Below, piece by piece: positions 16,478 to 24,649 of a DNA stretch of 58,619 nucleotides. This DNA comes from a virus (taxonomy: Duplodnaviria > Caudoviricetes). Position 1 is the stretch's first letter. The number at the start of each line of letters is the position of its first letter. Location: positions 1 through 58,619 of the IMG/VR virus record IMGVR_UViG_3300030202_000422; one strand, given 5' to 3'. A program made the translations under genes and the position numbers. The notes under the pieces were generated by a model. The model worked only from the letters and a program-made list of their open reading frames with translations. It was not told the DNA's origin and did not search any database.

Positions 16478-17713
16478 GTGTTAGCTATACATCAAGAGTT
16501 GACCATCGATCAACGGCTGACCAAAGCATACATCGATGTTATGAATCACCCACGCTACATGGCGTTGGGTCCGTTGTTGTTGCATGGCAAGCGCACGATT
16601 GTTGACGATCCTAGTGTCACTGCACGTACCAATGGCAGAGACATCGAGTATGGTAAACAGTTTATCGAGTCGCTAGATGACTACGAGCTACGGTTTCTCA
16701 TACTACATGAGGTCTATCACAAGTTGTTCCGACACCTTACTACGTGGAAGAACTTACACGATAAGAACTTCCGTCTGGCAAACCAAGCGTGTGACTACAA
16801 CATCAACGGCAAGCTGGTAACAGAGAACAAGGATGACGGCTTCGCTACGATGCCACGCACTCCAGACGGTAAGATGATCGGCTTGTATGATGAGCGGTTC
16901 AGAGCAGGTTCCGATTGGATGCCTTCTGACATTATCTTCGAGATGCTAGAAGAAGATGAAGAGAATGGCGATCAGCAGGGTAATCCATCTGGTGGTGGTG
17001 GTGGTCAACCACTGGACGAACACGATTGGGAAGGTGCGGTTGACATCTCAGAAGAGGAGGCCAAAGAGATCGAAGCCGAAATCGAAGAGGCGATACGGCA
17101 GGGTGCGATGATGGCTAAGACTTGTGGTGGGGGCGAGAATGCCAACATCGATGGGCTACTCAAACCCCAAGTTAACTGGCGTGATGTGTTACGTGAGTTT
17201 GTAGAGACAACGTGTTCTGGTAACGACTACTCGACATGGAAGCGACCTAACCGACGATATATCGGGGCTAACGTGTACTTGCCTAGTGGTATCAGCGAGA
17301 CAGCCGAAGAGCTACTCATTGCTTGTGATATGTCGGGTTCGATAGGTCCGAAAGAACGTCGAGTGTTTCTATCTGAAGTAGTCAGTGTATGCGAGGTGAT
17401 GAAACCGCAACGAGTTCGGATTGTCTATTGGGGTTCTATTGTACCGAAAGAAGAAGTGTACGAGGCCCACGAGATATCCGAGATCATGCAACGTACCCAG
17501 CCGGTTGAGGGCTACGGTACAAACATCGACACTGTGACAGCTTATATGCAAGCTAACAATGTCCGACCCACGGCAGCTATCATACTTACTGATGGTTGCT
17601 TTACTGGTTGGGGGCAATGGCACTGTCCAGTTCTATGGGCGTTGGTTGACAACGAGGACGATATGCCTGACTGCGGTAAGGTTGTGCGTATCAAAGCGAG
17701 GTATCTGACATGA
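16478..17713 (+). CDS. DUF2201-like protein: N-terminal HExxH metallopeptidase plus C-terminal VWA domain
   Basis: TNG..., LHEVYHK, ANQACDYNIN; MIDAS DMSGS, GYGT, ILTDG. Confidence 0.85.
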   Translation: MLAIHQELTIDQRLTKAYIDVMNHPRYMALGPLLLHGKRTIVDDPSVTARTNGRDIEYGKQFIESLDDYELRFLILHEVYHKLFRHLTTWKNLHDKNFRLANQACDYNINGKLVTENKDDGFATMPRTPDGKMIGLYDERFRAGSDWMPSDIIFEMLEEDEENGDQQGNPSGGGGGQPLDEHDWEGAVDISEEEAKEIEAEIEEAIRQGAMMAKTCGGGENANIDGLLKPQVNWRDVLREFVETTCSGNDYSTWKRPNRRYIGANVYLPSGISETAEELLIACDMSGSIGPKERRVFLSEVVSVCEVMKPQRVRIVYWGSIVPKEEVYEAHEISEIMQRTQPVEGYGTNIDTVTAYMQANNVRPTAAIILTDGCFTGWGQWHCPVLWALVDNEDDMPDCGKVVRIKARYLT

Positions 17714-17916
17714 GAATTGACAGATTCAACATAGAGAAGCATAAGCATTTGCTTGTGCGTAGCGTGATGCGAAGAGAGGGTGGAGACCCAGTGCAGGAAG
17801 CTGTACTCGACGCAGCGTGTAAGGGGCAAACCCTATTTGATTTGAAAGAATGGAATAGGTTATTGCGTGGGTTAGATACGTCCGACCTGACGGTTGGCGA
17901 TCTAGTTGGTATATAA
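17710..17916 (+). CDS. Hypothetical protein
   Basis: ATGA overlap with the VWA gene. Confidence 0.6.
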   Translation: MRIDRFNIEKHKHLLVRSVMRREGGDPVQEAVLDAACKGQTLFDLKEWNRLLRGLDTSDLTVGDLVGI

Positions 17917-17937
17917 CAAGTTATAACCAGTTATAAC
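17910..17937. promoter_or_regulatory. GTTATAAC-CA-GTTATAAC site 5 with an extra degenerate half-site
   Basis: tatataacaa-gttataacca-gttataac, 10-bp period, at the gene boundary. Confidence 0.75.
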
Positions 17938-17982
17938 ATTGAAGACAATCTATACGATTGTATAAATAAAGAGGTAAGAAAC

Positions 17983-18888
17983 ATGAACAGTAGTGATTTT
18001 AGAAAAGAAGTAAAAGATCTAACACCGATAGAAGTGTGCGACGAGAGGTTCCCATCCACTATGGATGATTTCATCGCAGCACTGAAACCGAAGCTTGATG
18101 GGCCTTTCGGTAACAGGGATGTGCAGTTCGGTGTAAGTGGAGACGGCTATCGCCCTCACAAAGTGTGGGTGTATGACAAAGTAGAGCACTACGCCATGGG
18201 TTACATTCGAGTGAGCGAAGAGCAAGGCTATAATGAGTATGACCGCTCGAAGAGTAGGCCGTTATACATTGTGGGGTCTAGGCTTATCACGAATGGTAAG
18301 GGGTACGACCATAGGCATGAGAACAAGAGTAGTAATCTTAAAGCGGCTGTGGGTAAGGCGTTACGTGGTTTACATAACTATAGTTTGTCGGACATGGCTC
18401 AAGTCTGGCTTATTGATTTTAAAGGCAGGGTGTCTGAAGAGGCTCATGGCCTTAGATCAAAACAAAAAGAAGTGATTAGTGAGATCCTTGGAACGCCGAT
18501 GAGTTCTGTTAACAGTTCGATGTTCTATCAACGTCCGTTAGCTAAACTGGCTTACCTGATGATCGACCAAATAAAAGAGATGGACTCAGAGCTTGCAAAT
18601 AAGCTGTTACGTGTTCAGCAGTATGATGCCGAAGTAGAAGAGGCGAATATGTACAAACAAAAGAGTGCGTTTGTCTTTGTTACGCCGACTGAGTATCGAT
18701 GTTTGTTCAACGTAACTGAAAGCCCTTGGGGTTCTGCTAGTACGCTGGCAGAAAACACACGCATCTTTTCAGCAACGGATAAGCCCGCGTTTCTTAGTAA
18801 GCTAGCAGTGCTTGCAATGTTGAATCCATTTGACTACGAAGATGGCATTGGTATGAAGGTGGACGATAACATCTTTTTCATTCACTAA
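17983..18888 (+). CDS. Hypothetical protein
   Basis: 301 aa, GAGGT RBS; C-terminus KLAVLAML..GIG resembles that of the next gene. Confidence 0.75.
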   Translation: MNSSDFRKEVKDLTPIEVCDERFPSTMDDFIAALKPKLDGPFGNRDVQFGVSGDGYRPHKVWVYDKVEHYAMGYIRVSEEQGYNEYDRSKSRPLYIVGSRLITNGKGYDHRHENKSSNLKAAVGKALRGLHNYSLSDMAQVWLIDFKGRVSEEAHGLRSKQKEVISEILGTPMSSVNSSMFYQRPLAKLAYLMIDQIKEMDSELANKLLRVQQYDAEVEEANMYKQKSAFVFVTPTEYRCLFNVTESPWGSASTLAENTRIFSATDKPAFLSKLAVLAMLNPFDYEDGIGMKVDDNIFFIH

Positions 18889-19139
18889 TGAGCCAAGGAA
18901 CACAATACAGTACGACTTACTTTGTTCTAGTAGACAAAACTACAGGCGTATGTATGATAGATTGTATTGGTCTAGGATGTGTTGATGCACCGCATACAGG
19001 TACGTATGCATCTGTGGACGAACTACCCGACATCTTTAGGAAGAGGATTGCGGTCCTCTCCATGTTGGAACATTCCAACGATGAGGTGTCGGGGGTTGGT
19101 CAGCGGTTTGATGAAAGCACATATTGGGTTCACATTTGA
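18888..19139 (+). CDS. Hypothetical protein
   Basis: TAATG coupling; RIAVLSML..GVG motif. Confidence 0.7.
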   Translation: MSQGTQYSTTYFVLVDKTTGVCMIDCIGLGCVDAPHTGTYASVDELPDIFRKRIAVLSMLEHSNDEVSGVGQRFDESTYWVHI

Positions 19140-19161
19140 TAACAGTTCCCACGGAGAAAGT

Positions 19162-19326
19162 ATGGGCAAAGTAATCATCGAGTTTGATGAGGATGATTTG
19201 GAGAAACTATTCGAGACGCAACATAGCATATTGGAGACGATGCTACGTATCGAGACATTGTTAAAGGAGAAAACGAAAAATGACACCGGAAGCAAAAGTA
19301 AAACGAGTCGTAACAAAGCATCTTAA
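19162..19326 (+). CDS. Small hypothetical protein (MGKVIIEFDEDDLEKL)
   Basis: GGAG RBS before 19162; the ORF-track start at 18979 is likely too far upstream. Confidence 0.6.
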   Translation: MGKVIIEFDEDDLEKLFETQHSILETMLRIETLLKEKTKNDTGSKSKTSRNKAS

Positions 19327-19600
19327 ATCAGTAGGTGCGTATTACTTCTTTCCTGCAACAGGTGGTTACGGTAAGAGCGGTGTACCCGATATTGTCGGGT
19401 GCTTTAGGGGGAAGTTCTTTGGGATAGAGTGCAAGGCAGGTGGTAACAAGCCTACCGCACTGCAAGAAAAGAATCTTCGGGAGATTGCTGATTGCGAGGG
19501 GATTGCATTGGTGGTCAACGAAGAAAACATGAATGACGTATTAGATCTAATCGATGCAAACCCAGCGCAGTTGGAGTTTGACTTTGAAGATACGCTATAA
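19280..19600 (+). CDS. VRR-NUC domain nuclease
   Basis: MTPEAKVK..GVPDIVGC..GIECKAG..TALQ, a PD-(D/E)XK signature. Confidence 0.9.
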   Translation: MTPEAKVKRVVTKHLKSVGAYYFFPATGGYGKSGVPDIVGCFRGKFFGIECKAGGNKPTALQEKNLREIADCEGIALVVNEENMNDVLDLIDANPAQLEFDFEDTL

Positions 19601-19731
19601 ACTAAAGGTACGTTTCCCGCCCAAAAGATAGGTAGTACGTAGTAATACGTTATATGGAGAATCCTACCGCTGTGTTTTGTACACTACTGGTACTTAAAAT
19701 ACAGCAGTAGGGGAAACAAACGGAGAAAGTA

Positions 19732-19959
19732 ATGAAGAATAAACACGGACAAACGCCACAAGAAGTTACACGGGCCAATGTCTTACAGCAGCTACGCTTC
19801 ATGGCAACGGACGATGAGTACACGGAACTAAGGGATCAGAACGAGAACACTTCATTATTCCTACGAGAGGTGCGAAAGCATTACGCCAAAATAAACAATA
19901 GCCTAGCTTATAGGTGGGGAATGGATGAGAACACTATTGATATGAAGGAGGTCAAATGA
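19732..19959 (+). CDS. Hypothetical protein
   Basis: GGAG RBS, operonic. Confidence 0.65.
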   Translation: MKNKHGQTPQEVTRANVLQQLRFMATDDEYTELRDQNENTSLFLREVRKHYAKINNSLAYRWGMDENTIDMKEVK

Positions 19960-20183
19960 AGCTCTATAGAATCGATACTGGAGAAGGTTGGCACTACGCT
20001 AAAACCAAAGGAGCTTTAAAACGTGCTCTGGTAGAGCTAGAGGCAGAATATGCAGATGTGAGTATTTTAGAGTTTCACGTTAATAGTAGGGGGATCTTTG
20101 ATGCTTTACGCGAGGGTGCTAATGCCGCTGGTGGGCATCTAGACGGGTACCCAAGTGTTTATGGAGAGCCTGACTATGAATGA
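19956..20183 (+). CDS. Hypothetical protein
   Basis: GGAGG RBS, ATGA overlap. Confidence 0.65.
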   Translation: MKLYRIDTGEGWHYAKTKGALKRALVELEAEYADVSILEFHVNSRGIFDALREGANAAGGHLDGYPSVYGEPDYE

Positions 20184-20409
20184 TGAAGAAGAACTAGAAT
20201 ACGTTGTGTGGTGTACGCACTCCGGTGATAAGTCACGTACTACGTTTGGGCCGTTCCCAAGTAAGTATTTTGCAGAGCATTTTATTTTGAACTACGGCTT
20301 TACCGAAGGGGTGTACAACCTCAAAGCCGTTCCACTTAACCGCATAGAAATAAAGGTGAAAGATGACGGAGAAGAAGAAACGAGGTCGGCCTCGCAAACA
20401 ACCCACTAA
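20176..20409 (+). CDS. Hypothetical protein
   Basis: GGAG RBS before ATG 20176. Confidence 0.6.
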   Translation: MNDEEELEYVVWCTHSGDKSRTTFGPFPSKYFAEHFILNYGFTEGVYNLKAVPLNRIEIKVKDDGEEETRSASQTTH

Positions 20410-20719
20410 TGCAGTGGTGGGTGATAAAGCTGGTAACAACGTTACAACTGGAAACGATAATGTAGCGGTTGGTGTAACGTCGGACGGTAGTAGTGCTGAC
20501 TATTACGTGTTACCTGCAAAGGCAAAAGAGTTACAGGATCTCATCTCGTTTAAAAACATGAACGCACAGATCGGTGAGATATTTAGGTCATGCTATCGTT
20601 ACGGTCAGTCTTCGCACAGCAACGAGCTACGCGATGCGAAGAAAATTAAATTCTATATCGACGCTGAAATAAAGCGTCTGGAGAGGATAGATGAAACAAC
20701 AGGGCGAAAAAGAGTTTGA
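20363..20719 (+). CDS. DUF3310-like protein with an N-terminal AT-hook-like KKRGRPRK
   Basis: ADYY.LP..LQDLI..IGEIFRSCYRYG..RDAKKIKFY. Confidence 0.6.
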   Translation: MTEKKKRGRPRKQPTNAVVGDKAGNNVTTGNDNVAVGVTSDGSSADYYVLPAKAKELQDLISFKNMNAQIGEIFRSCYRYGQSSHSNELRDAKKIKFYIDAEIKRLERIDETTGRKRV

Positions 20720-20882
20720 GGTTATTTATAACAAGATAACTTCTCACAGGGTTGTCGTGTATGCAACTAACGAAGAGGTGGCGCGATATAAGGCGATTGA
20801 TGGTGAGTGTTTGCCGTTGCGTAAAGCACAAGTGACAGAAAAGAACGTAGTCAAAGTAGTCGAGAGACAGGAGAAGGAGTAA
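20691..20882 (+). CDS. Hypothetical protein
   Basis: GAGGA RBS, directly upstream of polA. Confidence 0.55.
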   Translation: MKQQGEKEFEVIYNKITSHRVVVYATNEEVARYKAIDGECLPLRKAQVTEKNVVKVVERQEKE

Positions 20883-20884
20883 CC

Positions 20885-22723
20885 GTGGATCTAATCACAC
20901 TGGATTTTGAAACCTTTTACGACAAGGATTTCTCACTTTCTAAACTAACAACCGAAGAATATGTACGTGATCTACAGTTTGAAGTCATCGGTGTAGGCGT
21001 GAAAGTCAACAACGGTGCTACCGAATGGGCAAGCGGAACCCATGAAGAGATTGCGGAATATTTTGAAGGGTTTAATTGGGCTTCCAGTATGGTTCTGGCA
21101 CACAATACTATGTTCGATGGTGCTATTTTATCTTGGCTATTCGGCATTAAACCTAAAGTATGGGCTGATACTTTATGTATGGGCAGAGCCGTTCATGGCA
21201 TTGAAGTTAGTGGTAGTCTGAAAGCACTGGCTGAACGCTATGGTATTGGAGAGAAAGGGACTGAGGTTTTAAACGCTAAAGGTAAAAAGCGTGGAGACTT
21301 TACCGAAGAAGAGCTAAGTCGTTATGGCGATTACTGCATTAACGATGTTGAGCTTACCTATCAACTATTCACGCAGATGATAAACGGTTTCCCAAAACAA
21401 GAACTCAAGATCATTGACGCTACACTGCGTATGTTCATACACCCTATTCTGGATTTAGATTTAGGTCTCTTAGAATCACACCTAGAGGATATTGTAGATA
21501 AGAAAGACGATCTGTTGATGGAAGCTAATGTCTGTAAGAAAGATCTTATGTCAAACGAAAAGTTTGCGAATCTTCTGATAGCGCATGGTGTGGAGCCGCC
21601 AATGAAGATTAGTCCGACTACTGGTAAGGAAACATACGCATTTGCTAAGACTGACGAAGGATTCAAAGCGTTACAAGAGCATGAGAACGGTGACGTTCAA
21701 AATCTTGTGGCTGCTAGACTTGGTAACAAAAGCACGCTAGAGCAGACACGGACGCAAAGGTTTATTGACATAGCCAAGCGTGGGTTACTACCTGTACCTG
21801 TAAGATATTATGCTGCACACACTGGTAGGTGGGGCGGAGACGACAAGATAAATCTTCAGAACTTACCCAGCCGTGGACCCAACGGCAAGATGTTGAAACG
21901 TGCGATCATCGCGCCGGAGGGACATACGTTAATTGACTGTGACTCGTCACAGATAGAAGCACGAGTGCTAGCTTGGTTGGCAGGACAGTCGGATCTCGTT
22001 GATGACTTTGCTAATAAGAAAGATGTCTACGTTAAGATGGCTTCTATTATATACAACACACCCGAAGAAAAGGTTACGAAAGACCAGCGGTTTGTAGGTA
22101 AGACTACAATCTTAGGGGCTGGGTATGGTATGGGTGCAATGAAGTTTCAATCACAACTCAAAGCTTTTGGTTTTGATATGGAGCTTGAAGAGGCCCGAAG
22201 AGTCATACAGGTTTATCGAGATACCAACTGGAAGATCAGTGCATTTTGGCGTGAAACACAAGAACTAATACACCAACTTGCGAATTGGAAATCTACGGTA
22301 CTAAAAGAAACAAACCTCATTCGCTCCGTTGGTGAAAAACAATCTATACTACTACCGTCAGGATTGCTCATGCGTTACGAAGACCTAGAAGGTGAGATGT
22401 CCGACGAAGGTAGGATGGAATACTCGTATAAGACAAGGCGAGGCCGAACCCGAATCTACGGTGGGAAGTGTGTGGAGAATATCTGCCAAGCGGTTGCACG
22501 TTGCATCATCGCTGAACAGATGTTGTTACTTCATAAGAGTAATCTTCAACTGTCTCCTGTGTTAACGGTGCATGACTCAATCGTCGTGTGTGTACCGAGC
22601 GATAGTTTAGAGGATGGAAGATGGTATGTGGAAGAATGTATGAGGACTGTTCCGGGTTGGGCCAAGGGACTACCGCTAGACTGCGAAAGCGGTATCGGTC
22701 AGGCATATGGAGACTGTGAATAA
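20885..22723 (+). CDS. polA: DNA polymerase family A with 3'-5' exonuclease (Leu762 type)
   Basis: ExoI LDFET, AHNTMFD, motif A DSSQIEAR, motif B KTTILGAGYG, motif C TVHDS. Confidence 0.95.
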   Translation: MDLITLDFETFYDKDFSLSKLTTEEYVRDLQFEVIGVGVKVNNGATEWASGTHEEIAEYFEGFNWASSMVLAHNTMFDGAILSWLFGIKPKVWADTLCMGRAVHGIEVSGSLKALAERYGIGEKGTEVLNAKGKKRGDFTEEELSRYGDYCINDVELTYQLFTQMINGFPKQELKIIDATLRMFIHPILDLDLGLLESHLEDIVDKKDDLLMEANVCKKDLMSNEKFANLLIAHGVEPPMKISPTTGKETYAFAKTDEGFKALQEHENGDVQNLVAARLGNKSTLEQTRTQRFIDIAKRGLLPVPVRYYAAHTGRWGGDDKINLQNLPSRGPNGKMLKRAIIAPEGHTLIDCDSSQIEARVLAWLAGQSDLVDDFANKKDVYVKMASIIYNTPEEKVTKDQRFVGKTTILGAGYGMGAMKFQSQLKAFGFDMELEEARRVIQVYRDTNWKISAFWRETQELIHQLANWKSTVLKETNLIRSVGEKQSILLPSGLLMRYEDLEGEMSDEGRMEYSYKTRRGRTRIYGGKCVENICQAVARCIIAEQMLLLHKSNLQLSPVLTVHDSIVVCVPSDSLEDGRWYVEECMRTVPGWAKGLPLDCESGIGQAYGDCE

Positions 22724-23262
22724 TGAGTGTAGTAGGTAGGCATGAGCGCCTCTACAAGGTTATAGATGGCGAAGAATACAAGTTATGTGCACTTTGTAAG
22801 CAGTTCGTAGTGTTGGCTAACTGCACTTTAGGGAAAGTGAGGTTTGATGGACGTAGAAACTATGAAAATTGCAAACCGTGTGTAAACAAGAAAAGAAAAA
22901 TATATAGGCAAGCACCAAGACATAAAGAAGTAAAACGTGCTTGGGAAGCAGCCAACCGTGACAAAGTACGAGCGGGAAACAAGATCGCGTCTACTAAATA
23001 CATTCGCTCAGAAAAAGGGAAAGCCACTCGCGCTAAGTATAACGCTGCTCATGCAAAAAAACTAAGGGAAGATAACAGGCAATATAGTAAAGAGAAAGTA
23101 AAAAATATTTCAGACGCTTACGCTCGTCAAATGTTAGCTGTTTATAGCCCCTTAAAAGGTTCGCAGTTTTCCCAAGAAATTGTTGACGCTAAAAGAGAAC
23201 TAATAAAATTAAGAAGAGAACTTAAAGGAGACCAATATGAAAGACGTCGTAGAACTACGTAA
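22723..23262 (+). CDS. Basic Zn-finger (CxxC..CxxC) hypothetical protein
   Basis: CALC/CKPC; resembles HNH-gene N-termini but has no HNH motif. Confidence 0.7.
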   Translation: MSVVGRHERLYKVIDGEEYKLCALCKQFVVLANCTLGKVRFDGRRNYENCKPCVNKKRKIYRQAPRHKEVKRAWEAANRDKVRAGNKIASTKYIRSEKGKATRAKYNAAHAKKLREDNRQYSKEKVKNISDAYARQMLAVYSPLKGSQFSQEIVDAKRELIKLRRELKGDQYERRRRTT

Positions 23263-23440
23263 GCACTTATCAGAAGTATTTGATGAGCTTCGTTCGGGTA
23301 GCATATCAGCTAACGAAGCCTCTGAACTAGCCAACATTGCTGGCAAGATGATTAACTCAGCTAAGGTACAGATGGAGTATCACGCACTACGCAAGGATGA
23401 GCCAAAAATAAAGTTCTTACACGTACAAGAAAAAGTTTGA
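23237..23440 (+). CDS. Small helical hypothetical protein
   Basis: AGGAG RBS; ELANIAGKMINSAKVQ. Confidence 0.7.
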   Translation: MKDVVELRKHLSEVFDELRSGSISANEASELANIAGKMINSAKVQMEYHALRKDEPKIKFLHVQEKV

Positions 23441-23446
23441 CGAGTA

Positions 23447-24115
23447 ATGAATGCTGCACCGTGGTCATTCAGTAAAATAAAATCGTTTCAACAATGCCCG
23501 AAGCAGTTTTATCACGAGAAGGTTATCAAGCAGTATCCGTTCAAGATGACAGCTGCTGTTCGATACGGCGACCAGTTTCATAGGGCTGCGGAGAAGTATG
23601 TACAGGGAGAAGAATTAGATAAACGGTTCGAGTTTGCAAAGCCCGCGTTGGACGCACTTAATGCCAAAGAGGGTAAGAAGTTATGTGAACATAGGATGGG
23701 ATTAACCAAGCGTTTGGAAGCTTGTAGTTTTTACGATCAGAATGTTTGGTTTCGTGGTATCGCAGACTTGCTGATTGTAAATGAAGAAGATAGAATGGCT
23801 TGGGTGGTAGATTACAAAACAGGTAAATCTGCCCGATATGCAGATAGAGGTCAGTTAGAACTGATGGCCCTGTCGGTGTTTAGGCACTTCCCTCAAGTGG
23901 AAAGTGTCAAAGCAGGTTTATTATTTGTAGTATGTAACGAGCTAATACGTGAAGAGTATGCTGTTACAGAACAAAAAAGGTTGTGGTCTAAGTGGCTAGA
24001 GGATTTTAGTTACATGAAAACAGCTTACAGTGACGAGATTTGGAACCCGAAACCAAGCGGATTGTGTCGGATGCACTGTCCGGTGATTGAGTGTTCTCAT
24101 AATGGGAGAAACTAA
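23447..24115 (+). CDS. PD-(D/E)XK Cas4/RecB-like exonuclease
   Basis: WSFSKI..CP, RGIAD, DYKTGK, QLELMA, C-terminal CxxCPxxxC. Confidence 0.85.
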   Translation: MNAAPWSFSKIKSFQQCPKQFYHEKVIKQYPFKMTAAVRYGDQFHRAAEKYVQGEELDKRFEFAKPALDALNAKEGKKLCEHRMGLTKRLEACSFYDQNVWFRGIADLLIVNEEDRMAWVVDYKTGKSARYADRGQLELMALSVFRHFPQVESVKAGLLFVVCNELIREEYAVTEQKRLWSKWLEDFSYMKTAYSDEIWNPKPSGLCRMHCPVIECSHNGRN

Positions 24116-24396
24116 TGCCATATAAGAATCCAAAAGATCGTAAGAAACAAGAGCCTGACAAGAAAGGTACGAAAGCTTTTAAAGATCGCATGGAGCGTCA
24201 GAAAGCCAGACGTAAAATGGATAAGGTTAGCAAGGATGCTAATAAGAATGGGGTGGCTGACAAACGTGAGGGGAAAGATGTCAGTCATAAGAAACCGTTA
24301 AGTAAGGGCGGCTCTAATAAAGATGGAGTAAAGGTAGAGAGTAGTAGTAAGAATCGCAGCCGTAATTATAAGAAACCAACACGGCGCACCAAATAG
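24115..24396 (+). CDS. Small basic protein with a degenerate HNH-like motif
   Basis: KDVSHKKPLSKGGSN..NRSRN. Confidence 0.65.
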   Translation: MPYKNPKDRKKQEPDKKGTKAFKDRMERQKARRKMDKVSKDANKNGVADKREGKDVSHKKPLSKGGSNKDGVKVESSSKNRSRNYKKPTRRTK

Positions 24397-24472
24397 ACCA
24401 AGGGTACTTACTTGCCCTGTTTAGCACGCGCCGTCCGTGTGGTCGAAGACGGCATAATTTTTTGGAGATCAA

Positions 24473-24649
24473 ATGGAATTAAAGAAAGCAGATGACTTTG
24501 ATAGTGAAGATCAGTTTGCGGCTTATACGCTAGAGATGTTTGTCGTATCTGAGATATGCAAAAAATCAGTAGCCGATCTGAATGACTTAGATGTAGCCAA
24601 AGCTAAACGTGTAGTCAAAACGAAAGGCGGTAGGCTTAGTTGGGTATGA
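24473..24649 (+). CDS. Small hypothetical protein, 58 aa, not in the ORF track
   Basis: GGAG RBS; MELKKADDFDSEDQ...GRLSWV; ATGA overlap with the helicase start at 24646. Confidence 0.65.
   Translation: MELKKADDFDSEDQFAAYTLEMFVVSEICKKSVADLNDLDVAKAKRVVKTKGGRLSWV

Noticed and set aside
12619-17937. Repeated 18-mers as a CRISPR or mini-array
   Set aside because: Spacing is irregular (hundreds to thousands of bp) with no spacer-sized intervals and no cas operon
23447-24115. Cas4 as evidence of a CRISPR system
   Set aside because: It is a stand-alone PD-(D/E)XK exonuclease in a replication module, which is common in phages
24115-24396. Active HNH homing endonuclease
   Set aside because: Only a degenerate DxSH..GG.N..N remnant, no Zn-binding cysteines, very short
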